Both the position numbers and the translations under genes were made by a program. A stretch of DNA of 64,000 bases from an uncultured Planctomycetaceae bacterium (GTDB lineage Bacteria; Planctomycetota; Planctomycetia; Isosphaerales; Isosphaeraceae). Position 1 is the stretch's first letter. The number at the start of each line of letters is the position of its first letter. The stretch spans positions 4,832,001-4,896,000 of the forward strand of contig CAWIAD010000002.1 of assembly GCA_963833985.1 (NCBI GenBank), in the 5' to 3' direction. A model generated the notes under the pieces. That model saw only the letters and a list, made by a program, of their open reading frames with translations. It did no database searches and was not told the origin of the DNA. Positions 23,080 to 34,558 of the stretch are shown here, one piece after another.

Positions 23080-23350
23080 GGGCTGTACGTTCTTTCCGCG
23101 TCGCCGGCCGGGCACTGATGATCCGCACGAGGCCGGGGCCTCGCTCGGTAAAGTTCACGAGCAGCAGCCGGCGGAGAATCGAGTGGCCCACAAGGATCTC
23201 GCGCGTCTCCTCGATCGAATGGTCCTCATCATAAAAGATCCTGGCCAGCGGATCATCGAAGACGGTGGACGCCTCGTCGAAACCGACTCCATGCCTGGTC
23301 AGGTTGGAGGCGGCCTTGACGGGGTCCCACTCGAATTTCAGAGCCATCAC
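23057..23350 (-). CDS. brnT: BrnT family (DUF497) ribonuclease toxin inside the 16S-23S spacer
   Basis: KFEWDPVKAASNLTRHGVGFDEASTVFDDP...DEDHSIEETREILVG...VRIISARPATRKER, a full-length match to the BrnT signature. Confidence 0.92.
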   Translation of the reverse strand: MMALKFEWDPVKAASNLTRHGVGFDEASTVFDDPLARIFYDEDHSIEETREILVGHSILRRLLLVNFTERGPGLVRIISARPATRKERTAHEEDQGG

Positions 23351-23522
23351 GAAACGTCACAAGCCAACTGTGGTGCAAACCCCCAAGGGGAGCCGGCGGG
23401 CGTGCCGCGGGATCGAGGTCCGGGGATGGTGCCGACGTGGCCTTATCGAGTTCGGGAAGCGAAGCCTGGCGGCAACACTTCCTGGGTGAACTCTCAGGCC
23501 GGTTTTCCAAGGTTGTCCTTAG

Positions 23523-25033
<1,511 letters not shown>

Positions 25034-25362
25034 AATGATGTCAACCCGCTTCGCAGAGCCCGAGAGCCCCGGTCGCGGATCAACCCTCACCTCGAAAGGT
25101 TGAGGAAAAAAAACTGGTCGCATCAAGCCCCTGGCAAGGCGGTTTCACAACCGTTCTGCCGGGCACTTGCTGCCGGTCCTGTGCAGGCCATCCCACGGCA
25201 GCCCAGGCGCTTCGGACCACGAAGGCCGGGCCGCCCCGAGGCTGCGGCCGCACGCCGGCTCCCCTCAAGGGTTTCTCACCACAGAACGGATGAATCTCAT
25301 CCATCGTGTGCTTGCAATTCTCTTGCGTTCTCGTTTTCTGGCTGACGAGTGCAATCAACCGG

Positions 25363-25376
25363 ATTGTCAAAGAGCC
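25363..25376 (-). promoter_or_regulatory. rrn leader boxA-like element
   Basis: Minus strand GGCTCTTTGACAAT, close to the boxA consensus TGCTCTTTAACA. Confidence 0.7.
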
Positions 25377-25521
25377 ATGCCGGGTTCCGGCAACCAGGAT
25401 GGTACGCCGTACCCGACCGCGTTGTTCACCGAGTTCCGCCGATGCCATCGGCCGGTGCAAGCTGCCTGCTGGCATCTCGCCCCGGCCGTCTCATAGCGGA
25501 CTTGCTGCACAACCCACATGA

Positions 25522-25570
25522 ATACTAACGAGCCTGGAACTCCGGGTCAAACCCCTGGAGCATTTTTTTT
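25522..25570 (-). promoter_or_regulatory. sigma70-type rRNA promoter with upstream A-tract
   Basis: Minus strand TTGACC (25550-25545), 17-nt spacer, TAGTAT (25527-25522); A-tract upstream resembling a UP element. Confidence 0.7.
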
Positions 25571-25605
25571 CTGCAAAGCGCAGGCGCAGGTGTGGCGCCG
25601 GGGGC

Positions 25606-26637
25606 TCAGTAGAAGAATGCGGCAGCGTCATCGTAGTAGGAGAGATCAAGGGGCTGACGGGAGATTGCGCTTGCGGTCAACGGCGAGTTCGTGATCTGGC
25701 CGTTGCGGTAGCAGAGCGCCACGCCGAATCGGCCTTGAAGCACCAGGTGGCTCGCGGCAAGTCCCAGCCGCGTGGCCAGCACCCGGTCGCGGGACGTGGG
25801 GGGGCCCCCGCGTTGCAAGTGACCCAGGACGACGCTCCGTGTTTCGATGCCGGTCTGGCGCTCCAGGATCTCGGCGATGGCCGCGGCGATGCCGCCCAGC
25901 CGGAGATTGCCGAAGGGATCGGGGGGAAGGTCGAGTGCCAGGGGCTGCTGGTCAGGAAATCGTGCGCCCTCGGCGACGATCACCAGACCATAGTTCCTGC
26001 CCGCCCGGCGCCTTCCCGTGAGCACGCCGACGAGGTGAGGCAGATCGATGGGCACTTCCGGAACCAGGATATAGTCGGCCCCGACGGCCATTCCCGCGAA
26101 GCAGGCGATCCAGCCGACATTCCGCCCCATGGTCTCGACCACGAAGATACGGCGGTGGCTCTGGGCCGTGGTGCGCAGCCGATCGACGGCCTCGGTGACC
26201 ACATCGACTGCGGTATCGAAACCGAACGAGAAATCGGCCAGCGACATGTCGTTGTCGATCGTCTTGGGGATGCCGACGATGGGGAGCTGGAAATCGTTGT
26301 AGAGGCGCAGTGCGACGCCCAGAGTGTCATCACCGCCGATGACGATCAGGGCGTCCAGGCCAAGGGTGTCAAAGTTTTGCCGCAGCGCAGTCAGGTCGGT
26401 GTCCGGGTGCTTGTAGGGATTGGTCCTGGACGAGCCAAGGATCGTCCCTCCCAGGCCGATGATGTCCTCGGTTTGCTCGATGGACAGGGGCATGATCTGG
26501 TTTCGGATCAATCCACGCCAGCCTTCGACGATGCCCACCGCAACCCCGCCGGCATTGCAGATCTGCCGGACCGCGGCACGGATGACCGCGTTGAGCCCCG
26601 GGCAATCTCCGCCGCCTGTGAGCAGGCCGACATTCAT
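25606..26637 (-). CDS. pfkA: 6-phosphofructokinase (group III-like, PPi-type signature)
   Basis: TGGGDCPGLN, GGTILGSSR, GGDDT, PKTIDND, ETMGR, LGHLQRGG. Confidence 0.93.
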   Translation of the reverse strand: MNVGLLTGGGDCPGLNAVIRAAVRQICNAGGVAVGIVEGWRGLIRNQIMPLSIEQTEDIIGLGGTILGSSRTNPYKHPDTDLTALRQNFDTLGLDALIVIGGDDTLGVALRLYNDFQLPIVGIPKTIDNDMSLADFSFGFDTAVDVVTEAVDRLRTTAQSHRRIFVVETMGRNVGWIACFAGMAVGADYILVPEVPIDLPHLVGVLTGRRRAGRNYGLVIVAEGARFPDQQPLALDLPPDPFGNLRLGGIAAAIAEILERQTGIETRSVVLGHLQRGGPPTSRDRVLATRLGLAASHLVLQGRFGVALCYRNGQITNSPLTASAISRQPLDLSYYDDAAAFFY

Positions 26638-26838
26638 GAGTGACGCTCGATGCCGGGTGAGTAGGGAGCGGGGTGAGTCACGGACCGGTCCGGGAGAGTC
26701 GTGGCCGCACGGACGCCGGAGCCCTCGCAGTTCCGCGCCCTGCTTTGAAGGTACCAGGAAGCGGACAGCCCGGCCAGTGACCGGGGTGGTTCCAGATCGG
26801 GAGGAGCCGTGCTGGTGCGGGCCTGGGTCTGCCCTGGC

Positions 26839-28191
26839 CTAGACAGCGCGCGGAATCAGCTCGCGCTCGACCCAGGTCGTGTCGACCCGGGCGTTCAGGA
26901 AATCCGGGTTGCGAAGTGCTCTGCGGTGAAGCGGGATGGTTGTCTTGACGCCGTCGATGACCAGCTCATCGAGTGCCCGGCGCATGCGGGCGATGGCCTC
27001 GCCGCGGGTGGGGGCATGAACGATCAGCTTGCCCAGGAGCGAGTCGTAATTTGGCGGCACCGTGTAGCCGACCTGGATGTGCGAGTCCCAGCGGACGCCG
27101 GGTCCGCCCGGAATCTGGAGCACGGTGATCCGTCCCGGAGAGGGGCGGAAATCATTCTCGGGATCTTCCGAGTTGATCCGGCATTCGATGGCGTGCCCGC
27201 GCGTGACGATGTCTTCCTGGCGAAAGGGCAAGGGCTCACCGGCGGCGATGCGAATCTGCTGCTGGACGAGGTCGATCCCCGTCACCAGCTCGGTGACCGG
27301 ATGTTCGACCTGGATGCGGGCGTTGACCTCGATGAAGTAGAAGCGGTTGTCGGCGTCGACCAGGAACTCGCAGGTACCCGCGTTCACATAGCCGACGGTA
27401 CGGGCCAGCCGGACGGCGGCCTGACCGAGCTCGGACCGGACTTCCAGGGGGAGCGAGGGTGCGACAGCCTCTTCCACAAGCTTCTGATGACGGCGCTGGA
27501 GCGAGCAGTCGCGATCCCAGCAGTGGACCACGTTGCCGTGTGAATCCGCCAGGATCTGGACCTCGACGTGGCGCGGCCGGTCGATGAATTTCTCCAGGTA
27601 AACGCTGGGGTTCTTGAACGCGGCCGCGGCCTCGTTGCGGGCCGCCTGCAAGGCGCTGGCGAGGCTTCCCTCGTCGCGGCAGACCCGCATCCCCTTGCCG
27701 CCTCCGCCGGCGGCGGCCTTGATGAGCACGGGGAAACCGATGGAGCGGGCCAGCGTCAGCGCCTCGGCGTCGCTGGCGACGGCGCCCTCGGAGCCGGGCA
27801 CGCAGGCCACCCTGGCTGCCGCGGCGATCTGCTTGGCCTCGGTCTTCAGGCCCATCTTGCGAATGGCCTCGTGGGGCGGGCCGATGAACTCGAAATTGCA
27901 GCTCCGGCAAATCTCGGCGAATTGCGGATTCTCGCTCAAGAACCCGTAGCCAGGGTGAATGGCCTGCACATCGGCGACCTCCGCCGCGGCGATCAGGCGG
28001 GGGATGTTGAGGTAGCTATCCACGCTTGGCGCCTTGCCGATGCAGATGGCGCGATCGGCAAGCTGAAGGTAAGGAGCGTCGCGGTCGGCCTGAGAATAGA
28101 CGGCGACCACCTCGATCCCCAGTTCCTTGCAGGCCCGGATCACCCGCAGCGCGATCTCACCGCGATTGGCCACCAGGATTCGTTGAAACAT
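26839..28191 (-). CDS. accC: Acetyl-CoA carboxylase biotin carboxylase subunit
   Basis: [54 protein letters not shown]. Confidence 0.97.
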   Translation of the reverse strand: MFQRILVANRGEIALRVIRACKELGIEVVAVYSQADRDAPYLQLADRAICIGKAPSVDSYLNIPRLIAAAEVADVQAIHPGYGFLSENPQFAEICRSCNFEFIGPPHEAIRKMGLKTEAKQIAAAARVACVPGSEGAVASDAEALTLARSIGFPVLIKAAAGGGGKGMRVCRDEGSLASALQAARNEAAAAFKNPSVYLEKFIDRPRHVEVQILADSHGNVVHCWDRDCSLQRRHQKLVEEAVAPSLPLEVRSELGQAAVRLARTVGYVNAGTCEFLVDADNRFYFIEVNARIQVEHPVTELVTGIDLVQQQIRIAAGEPLPFRQEDIVTRGHAIECRINSEDPENDFRPSPGRITVLQIPGGPGVRWDSHIQVGYTVPPNYDSLLGKLIVHAPTRGEAIARMRRALDELVIDGVKTTIPLHRRALRNPDFLNARVDTTWVERELIPRAV

Positions 28192-28266
28192 GAAAGAGTC
28201 ACACCATGACGATGAGAGGTATGCAGGCAACTCCGTTCCCGCCGGCGATCCAGAGATCGGCGCAGG

Positions 28267-28779
28267 TCAGCCCGGAACGACCCGGAAGAGCGGCTGGTCG
28301 AACTCGACGGCCTGCCCATTCTTGACCAAAATCTCGGCGATCGAGCCGGAAACTCCCGCCGGGATATCCGTGAAGACCTTCATCGCCTCGATGATGCACA
28401 CGGTGCTGTCGGGCTGGACCGCCGAGCCCACCTTGACAAAGGGCGGAGCATCCGGGGAGCTGGAGGCGTAGTAGGTGCCCACCATGGGGCTCTTGATCAG
28501 GAGGGACGCGGGAGCAGCCGCGGACGCCGCCTCAGGCCCCGGGGACAGCGCAGGCGCGGCCTCATGCGGAGCGTGCATCGGCTGCGCCGGACCAGCTTGC
28601 CACTGGGGCTGGTAGGGGGAGGCAAGGTCGGCCCCGGGGCCGCGCCGCCGTAGCCGGATCTGCACATTCCCATCGCTTATATTCATATCTGTCAAATCGT
28701 AGCGTTTCATGAGACGCACGAGGTAGTGAATCTTTTGAACGTCAAGCGGCTCACCGGGACTAGGGTCTTGATCTGCCAT
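28267..28779 (-). CDS. accB: Biotin carboxyl carrier protein
   Basis: [16 protein letters not shown] biotinylation motif, VEFDQPLF. Confidence 0.96.
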   Translation of the reverse strand: MADQDPSPGEPLDVQKIHYLVRLMKRYDLTDMNISDGNVQIRLRRRGPGADLASPYQPQWQAGPAQPMHAPHEAAPALSPGPEAASAAAPASLLIKSPMVGTYYASSSPDAPPFVKVGSAVQPDSTVCIIEAMKVFTDIPAGVSGSIAEILVKNGQAVEFDQPLFRVVPG

Positions 28780-28908
28780 GCCTTGACTCCCTGGAGACGT
28801 GCGATCGCCTCTCACGTCTGGTTTCGAGCCTGCCCGTCCGCGCCTGGATCCTTGACCACGATCCTCGAACGGTCACGGCCCTTGCGAGCACGTGCCCGAG
28901 GGTCCGGG

Positions 28909-29999
28909 TCAGAGCCGCGCCGAGTCCAGAGTTCTGGGCAGATGGCTCAGGACCTCGCAGCCATGGGCGGTGACCAGAACATCGTCCTCGATGCGAACAC
29001 CGCCCCATTCCGGAAGGTAGATCCCAGGCTCGACGGTGACCACCATACCCGGCTTCAGGATGGACTCGGATTGCTTGCGGAGACGGGTGCCTCGTGGATC
29101 TCCATGCCCAGTCCGTGGCCCGTGCCGTGGTCAAAAAAATGACCGAAACCCGCTTCCTCGATGACGCGGCGGGCTTCGGCATCGACATCTTGGGCCAGCA
29201 CCCCGGGGCGAATCGAAGCGATCGCTCGCTCCTGAGCCAGCAGAACGGTCTTGTAAACCGTCGTGAATTCCGGAGTGACCATACCGGTGACCAGAACCCG
29301 AGTCAAGTCACTTTTGTAGGGCCGGCCGGTCGCTCCCCAGTCGATGAGCACGAAGTGATCGTCGCCGATCCTGGTTGACGATGTCGGCCGTGCGTGCGGC
29401 AGGGCGGCTCGCTTGCCCACGGCAACGATTGGTGGGAAGCTCGAACCGGTGGCGCCGCATCGCCTCATATTCGCCTCCAGGAGATCGGCGAGTTCTTTCT
29501 CGCTGGCTCCCGTGCGGACGTGGGAGCGAAGCATCACGAACGCCTCCTCCGCGAACGCGATGGCTTCCCGGATCGCGTCGATCTCCTCCGGGTCCTTGAT
29601 CTGCCGCAGGACCTCGACGCGGTCAGTCGTCGGAACCAGCGTGAGGCTGGCCGCAGCGTCGCGGATGGCCTGGTAATCGGCCACGCTCAACACGGAGGCC
29701 TCGAATCCGAGCCGGGAAATGCCCATCGAACCCGCCGCGTGAGCGATTGCCTGGGCAAGCGTCCTGGTACTCGGGCGGATGGAGGCTTCCAGCCCCGGGC
29801 ATTCCTGCTCGATCTGCGTGGTGAACCGGCCGTCCGAGATCAAGATTGCGCGATCACGGTGGATCAGCAGCGCGGACGAGTCGCCCGTGAACCCCGTAAG
29901 GTAGGTGACATTCGTCGGGGAACTGACCAGCAGCGCCTCACATTCCGAGGGTGGAAGATCCCGTCGCAGCGCTTCAATTCGTTCAGCGGTCCGGTCCAT
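28909..29999 (-). CDS. Xaa-Pro aminopeptidase (M24) with a 1-nt frameshift at ~29086
   Basis: [26 protein letters not shown]. Adding one C at ~29086 restores [23 protein letters not shown]...[12 protein letters not shown] to stop 28909. Confidence 0.88.
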
Positions 30000-30169
30000 G
30001 TGCAGGGCTCGGTGAGCATCGGCAGGGCCAGAAGATCCTCAGCGTCCCGGCTCCCAACCGGACGAGCCTGGAAACGCGTGTACTGGATGGTAAGTTAACG
30101 TTCTGGGGCTTCACCGCAAAGAGGTGGCAGCGAACCAGTTCACAAACCTGCAACCGGAAGGCTCATGCG

Positions 30170-30852
30170 ATGCGCTCTGTCTCGTGGAACCGAATCGCGG
30201 GCGGATTACTGGGCGTTGCCATTTGCGCCCTGATTGCGGCCGATGAACCCGGCTTCCGATCGATCTTCGATGGCACCAGCGCCAGGGGCTGGATGCTCTG
30301 CGATGGCAAGCCGCTCGCGCAGAAGTTCATTCAGTCCGAGGGGCTCAATCCCCACGGCACGGGAAGTTACATCACGGTGTACGACCAGAAGGCCGGCAAT
30401 TTCGCGCTCGACCTCGATTACAAGCTGAGCCGAGGCTGCAACTCTGGCGTGTTTATCCGAGTCAGCGATCTGCATGACCCGGTCAATTCGGGCATCGAGG
30501 TCGCCCTCGACGACACCACCGGGGCCGGGATGCACGACTCGGGAGCCCTCTACGACCTGGTGCCCGCGCGGACCAATGCGCAGAAGCCAGCCGGCCAGTG
30601 GAATCATATGTCCATCACCGCCGCGGGGCCGAGAATCACGGTCGTTCTCAATGGCACCGAGGTGAGCGCCATGAACCTGGACGAATGGAGAACACCCGGA
30701 AAGCGCCGGACGGCTCGGCGCACAAGTTCACGAACGTGGCGATCGGCAAATTACCGCGGCGTGGTTATTTCGGATTGCAGGATCACGGCAGCGACTGCTG
30801 GTTCAAGAACATCAAGCTCAAGGAAACCGCTGCAACAAGTGCCGCACCCTGA
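30170..30852 (+). CDS. DUF1080 (3-keto-disaccharide hydrolase-like) protein with a 1-nt frameshift at ~30705
   Basis: Signal peptide, IFDG...GW, NSGVFIR, GALYD, GQWN; the C-terminal PDGSAHKF...GYFGLQDHG..CWFKNIK lies in the next frame. Confidence 0.85.
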
Positions 30853-30946
30853 TTGACATGTGACGCGATGCGACCGGGACTCAAAGTGGGTCCCGGTCGG
30901 GAGCGTGGCTCAGCCTCATCTTCCCTGGGACAAGGCCCGGCTTGCC

Positions 30947-32014
30947 TTACCAGCCACCACCGTCTCCGCCACCACCCCAGTCACCGCCTCCATCGCCACC
31001 ACCCCAGTCTCCACCGCCATCTCCGCCACCCCAGTCTCCGCCTGTGTCACCCGCTCCCGGATCCGCCCAGGACGTGCCCTGTCCGCCGTCATCATTGCCT
31101 CCCACGAAATCGTTGTCGCCGGCTTCCACGGGCGACTGTGTATCGGAGGTGGGATAAGCCGCGGAATCGACATGGCCACTGTGCCGGCCCGAAAACTGGT
31201 CATAGAGCCAGTTGCCGGCGAGTGCGCCTCCGAGTCCGCCGAGCATGCCCGAGAAGAAACCGCCCCGGGGAGCCCCATATCCGCCTCCGTAGCCGGGTCC
31301 ATAGCCGGGACCCATACCGGGCCTGGGCATGCCGCCCATTCCCGTGGGTGTGCCGTAGCCTCCTCCGCCACGATTGAACACCCCGCCAAGCAACCTCAGT
31401 AGAAGCAGCACGCCGAAAATGACGAGGCCGATCGTGAACAGCGTGCCGATGCCAAACTTGCCCGCCTGTGCCGCGCCGTGGCGGCGAGCAGGGACGCCGA
31501 TCGGTCCCGGCACACCCTCCGCAGCCGCGGGAGCCGCTGTCAGTGCGTCGTCCAGGAAGGCCGCTGTCCGAACCAGGCCCTCGTCGAATCGCCCCGCCTT
31601 GAACTCGCTCAGCAACAGGTCCCGCACCTCGTGCCGCTTCTCGCGGGGCAGCAGCGCACTGTACTTTTCCTTGACCAGCAGGGGCGAGAATACGCGGTCG
31701 TGCTTGGAGATGAGCAGGTAGACGCCCTCATGGCCAATCTGCCGGGCGCGGCGCTCGGCTAGCGAGTCGATGGCACGCCGCTTCTCCGGCTCCGGTGCAT
31801 TCCGATCCAGGCCAGGGATCTCGCTGACTGTCTCGATCACGACGGGAACGCGGGTGCGCCGCTCGATCTGATCGAGCACGGACCCAGCTTTCTTGACGGC
31901 ACCGGAACTGAACAATCCGGCCTCGTCGCGAATCTCGGCCGCCTCGGATCGCGGCACGCCAAGGGCCAGCAAGGCGACCAGGCCGATGGCCCATTTCACT
32001 CGATTTGTCAACAT
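30947..32014 (-). CDS. TPM-domain membrane protein with Gly-rich tail
   Basis: Signal peptide, IRDEAGLFS, FKAGRFDEGL, TM, GGALAGNWLYD, and a (GGDWGGGDG)n tail. Confidence 0.8.
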   Translation of the reverse strand: MLTNRVKWAIGLVALLALGVPRSEAAEIRDEAGLFSSGAVKKAGSVLDQIERRTRVPVVIETVSEIPGLDRNAPEPEKRRAIDSLAERRARQIGHEGVYLLISKHDRVFSPLLVKEKYSALLPREKRHEVRDLLLSEFKAGRFDEGLVRTAAFLDDALTAAPAAAEGVPGPIGVPARRHGAAQAGKFGIGTLFTIGLVIFGVLLLLRLLGGVFNRGGGGYGTPTGMGGMPRPGMGPGYGPGYGGGYGAPRGGFFSGMLGGLGGALAGNWLYDQFSGRHSGHVDSAAYPTSDTQSPVEAGDNDFVGGNDDGGQGTSWADPGAGDTGGDWGGGDGGGDWGGGDGGGDWGGGGDGGGW

Positions 32015-32217
32015 CGAAGTCAATTCCTTGCCAGAAGGGAACTCCGTTTGCCTCTTGTTACACGGGGTACAATCACGCCCTGATTCACGCACACACTTGA
32101 GGCGCCCATACCGCCCGATTCGAGGTTGGTCCCCTTCTACTTCGCAGGCGGCTCGAATTTGTTCGGGTTCCGCCGTTGAGTGAGTGCGGCTCTGTCCATG
32201 GGCGCCGGAGCCGTCGA

Positions 32218-32505
32218 TCAGAAAGTCGCGATGTCGTCGAACTGGGTGATGGCCACGACGTCCGCGCGACGGACCAGAACGCGCGCCCGGTTCCGCCTGA
32301 CCCCGAAACGAACGGAATCATGGATATACACCTCGCGGGTGGCGGGGCTGTCACGGAAATCATGCAGATCGGCGTCCTGAAGCTCAAGAAACTGGGCGTC
32401 ACAGGCCACGAAAGTCCCGAGGCAGACATAACTTGAGATCAGGTCAACAACAACGACCTTGTTCAGGAATGATTCCAGCAGCGGTGAACGCTCCGTGAGT
32501 TCCAT
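32218..32505 (-). CDS. Small hypothetical protein with an Sm/LSm-like pattern
   Basis: LESFLNKVVVVDL...LGTFVACDAQFLELQDAD...RVLVRRADVVAI. Confidence 0.7.
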   Translation of the reverse strand: MELTERSPLLESFLNKVVVVDLISSYVCLGTFVACDAQFLELQDADLHDFRDSPATREVYIHDSVRFGVRRNRARVLVRRADVVAITQFDDIATF

Positions 32506-32688
32506 GGCCTCGCTTACCCAGGAATAAAAGCAAGTCGCGTACCCACAAGGCCGGCGCGAGTCGAAACGTGCAACTCGCCTTGACGAATTCTAGGGGTTGA
32601 ACTAGGGTCCCGCTACCATTTCCAGCAAAATCTCGTCCTCGGCCGCCGAGCCGGCTCTCGCTCCCGGCGGCAATACAGGGCTTCACGG

Positions 32689-34266
32689 ATGATGATCACG
32701 TCCCGAACCATACGGTGGGTCCTTGCGCTGTTTGTCACGGGAATCGCCGGCTGGCCAGCCCGGGGAGTCCTGGCCCAAGATGAGCCGATCTCGGATGCCG
32801 CCCGCGCCTCCGCGGCAAGCGAGGCCCCCCCGGCGCGGCAACGAACGGTCGTCGTGCTGCTGCGCGACGGACGAATTGTGAGCGGGCAGCTTACGGAAGA
32901 GGACGGAAATTACGTGATCACCCAACCCGTCGGGGTGATGCGCTTTCCCGCCAAGCGTGTCGAGAAGGCATTCTCGTCGATCCGGGAGGTGTACGAGTTC
33001 AAGATCGAGCAGTTGCCCGAGAACGATTTCGATGAGCGCATCAAGCTGGCCCGCTGGTGCCTGGAGCAGAAGATGGAGCCGGAGGCCCGAGAGCAGCTTG
33101 GTGAGATCCTGCGGCAGAGCCCCAAGAATCCGCAAGCCAGGGCCATGCTCGTTTCTCTCAACCAGGCTGAAGCGCGGATGGCCAGCCATCAGCGCGATCC
33201 GGAGGTTCGGCAAACCTCTGTCGAGCAAGAGGACCTTGCCGCCGGAGACCGTCCCAACGCGCTGGATACCGCCGTGATCTATGGCGCGCACCGGGGCATG
33301 GGAATCTCAGATCTGCCGGTGATCTTCGACCTGCCCACCGCGCAGGCCGTGAAGCGCGCCGACGAGTTCACGCGGTTTGTGCACCCTGTGCTTCAATCCT
33401 ACTGTGCCCGCTGCCACAACGAGAGTTATCAAGGCGAGTTCCAGCTTGTCCAGTTCAAGACCAAGCTGAATCGCACTCGCGACGCCCTGCGAGCCAACCT
33501 GGACGCGACGCTCAAACTGGTCGACCGTGAGAACCCGACCCGTAGCGATCTCCTCTCCAGCTCACTGCGCCCGCACGGCCGCGGCCCGAACCAGCGACCC
33601 ATTTTTCAGGGATCCAACGACCGGGCTTACCAGATCCTCGCCGCTTGGGTGAACAAGCTCCAGACGTCCAAGGTTTCCGAGGGGGTGATTCCGGCCAGAG
33701 CCCAGGCGGTTCTTCCAGGCTCTGAACCTGGTGAGAGCTTCGCCAGCCAGCGCGGACGGCTGAATCAGGACACCGCGCAGCAGGACGCCGCGCCCCGGCC
33801 GTTCGTCACGGGGCCGGTCATCACCAAGCACCTGCCAAACGCCCGGGTGGTGCCGGGCCAGGGCATCGTGGCCGAGGGTGTCGTCAACCCCAACGAGTTC
33901 CCGCTTCCACTCGCGGTCGGCGGAGCCAGGCCTGGCATGGTCTCCAGACCTGTGCCGAAGGCAAGGCCGGAAACCAAGGTGGCAAGGCCGGAAACCAAGG
34001 TGGCAAGGCCCGTTTCTTCGGCAGCGACCCATTCCACCACGCCCACCCGCGATGGCTCCGCGGCTGCAACCACCGAGATGAAGAAAACCGGCGCGGCTCA
34101 CCCCACCGCCACCGCCCGCAGCAAGGTTGCGGTTCCGCCTTCGAAACCCGCTCTCGAAGACGATCCGGACGACACCGACGAGGCAAAGAAGAAGGCGCGG
34201 CAACCGCTCAAGCTTGACCCTGCCCTGCTGCAACGCACACTCCAGCTTCGGAACCAGAACCGGTAA
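32689..34266 (+). CDS. Secreted hypothetical protein with a single CxxCH motif and low-complexity tail
   Basis: Signal peptide; VLLRDGRIVSG; LARWCL; FVHPVLQSYCARCHN. Confidence 0.75.
   Translation: MMITSRTIRWVLALFVTGIAGWPARGVLAQDEPISDAARASAASEAPPARQRTVVVLLRDGRIVSGQLTEEDGNYVITQPVGVMRFPAKRVEKAFSSIREVYEFKIEQLPENDFDERIKLARWCLEQKMEPEAREQLGEILRQSPKNPQARAMLVSLNQAEARMASHQRDPEVRQTSVEQEDLAAGDRPNALDTAVIYGAHRGMGISDLPVIFDLPTAQAVKRADEFTRFVHPVLQSYCARCHNESYQGEFQLVQFKTKLNRTRDALRANLDATLKLVDRENPTRSDLLSSSLRPHGRGPNQRPIFQGSNDRAYQILAAWVNKLQTSKVSEGVIPARAQAVLPGSEPGESFASQRGRLNQDTAQQDAAPRPFVTGPVITKHLPNARVVPGQGIVAEGVVNPNEFPLPLAVGGARPGMVSRPVPKARPETKVARPETKVARPVSSAATHSTTPTRDGSAAATTEMKKTGAAHPTATARSKVAVPPSKPALEDDPDDTDEAKKKARQPLKLDPALLQRTLQLRNQNR
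33961..34010 (+). repeat. 21-bp coding tandem repeat (ARPETKV x~2.4)
   Basis: gcaaggccggaaaccaaggtg twice, followed by gcaaggcc. Confidence 0.85.
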
Positions 34267-34558
34267 ACGGTTGCCACGGATTCCTTTCCACGACGAGCCG
34301 GCCCATCTCCGCCGAAGTGGGCAGGCACTATCTCGGAGATCGAGCACAGTTATACTGAATTTGTTCGGGGCATCGCACCGGTAATCCATGTTGCTGGCGC
34401 TGGACCGGGCGACGCCCCGAAACCTGCCCTCTTGCCTCGGCCTGATAACCCACCTGGGCATCAAGAATCGTGGGTCTGGTCGACCTCTTTGTCGACTCGG
34501 AACACGCCCTGCTCTTGAACTGCCGAAGACGATATCAGCTACCCAAGGAAATCACCTC

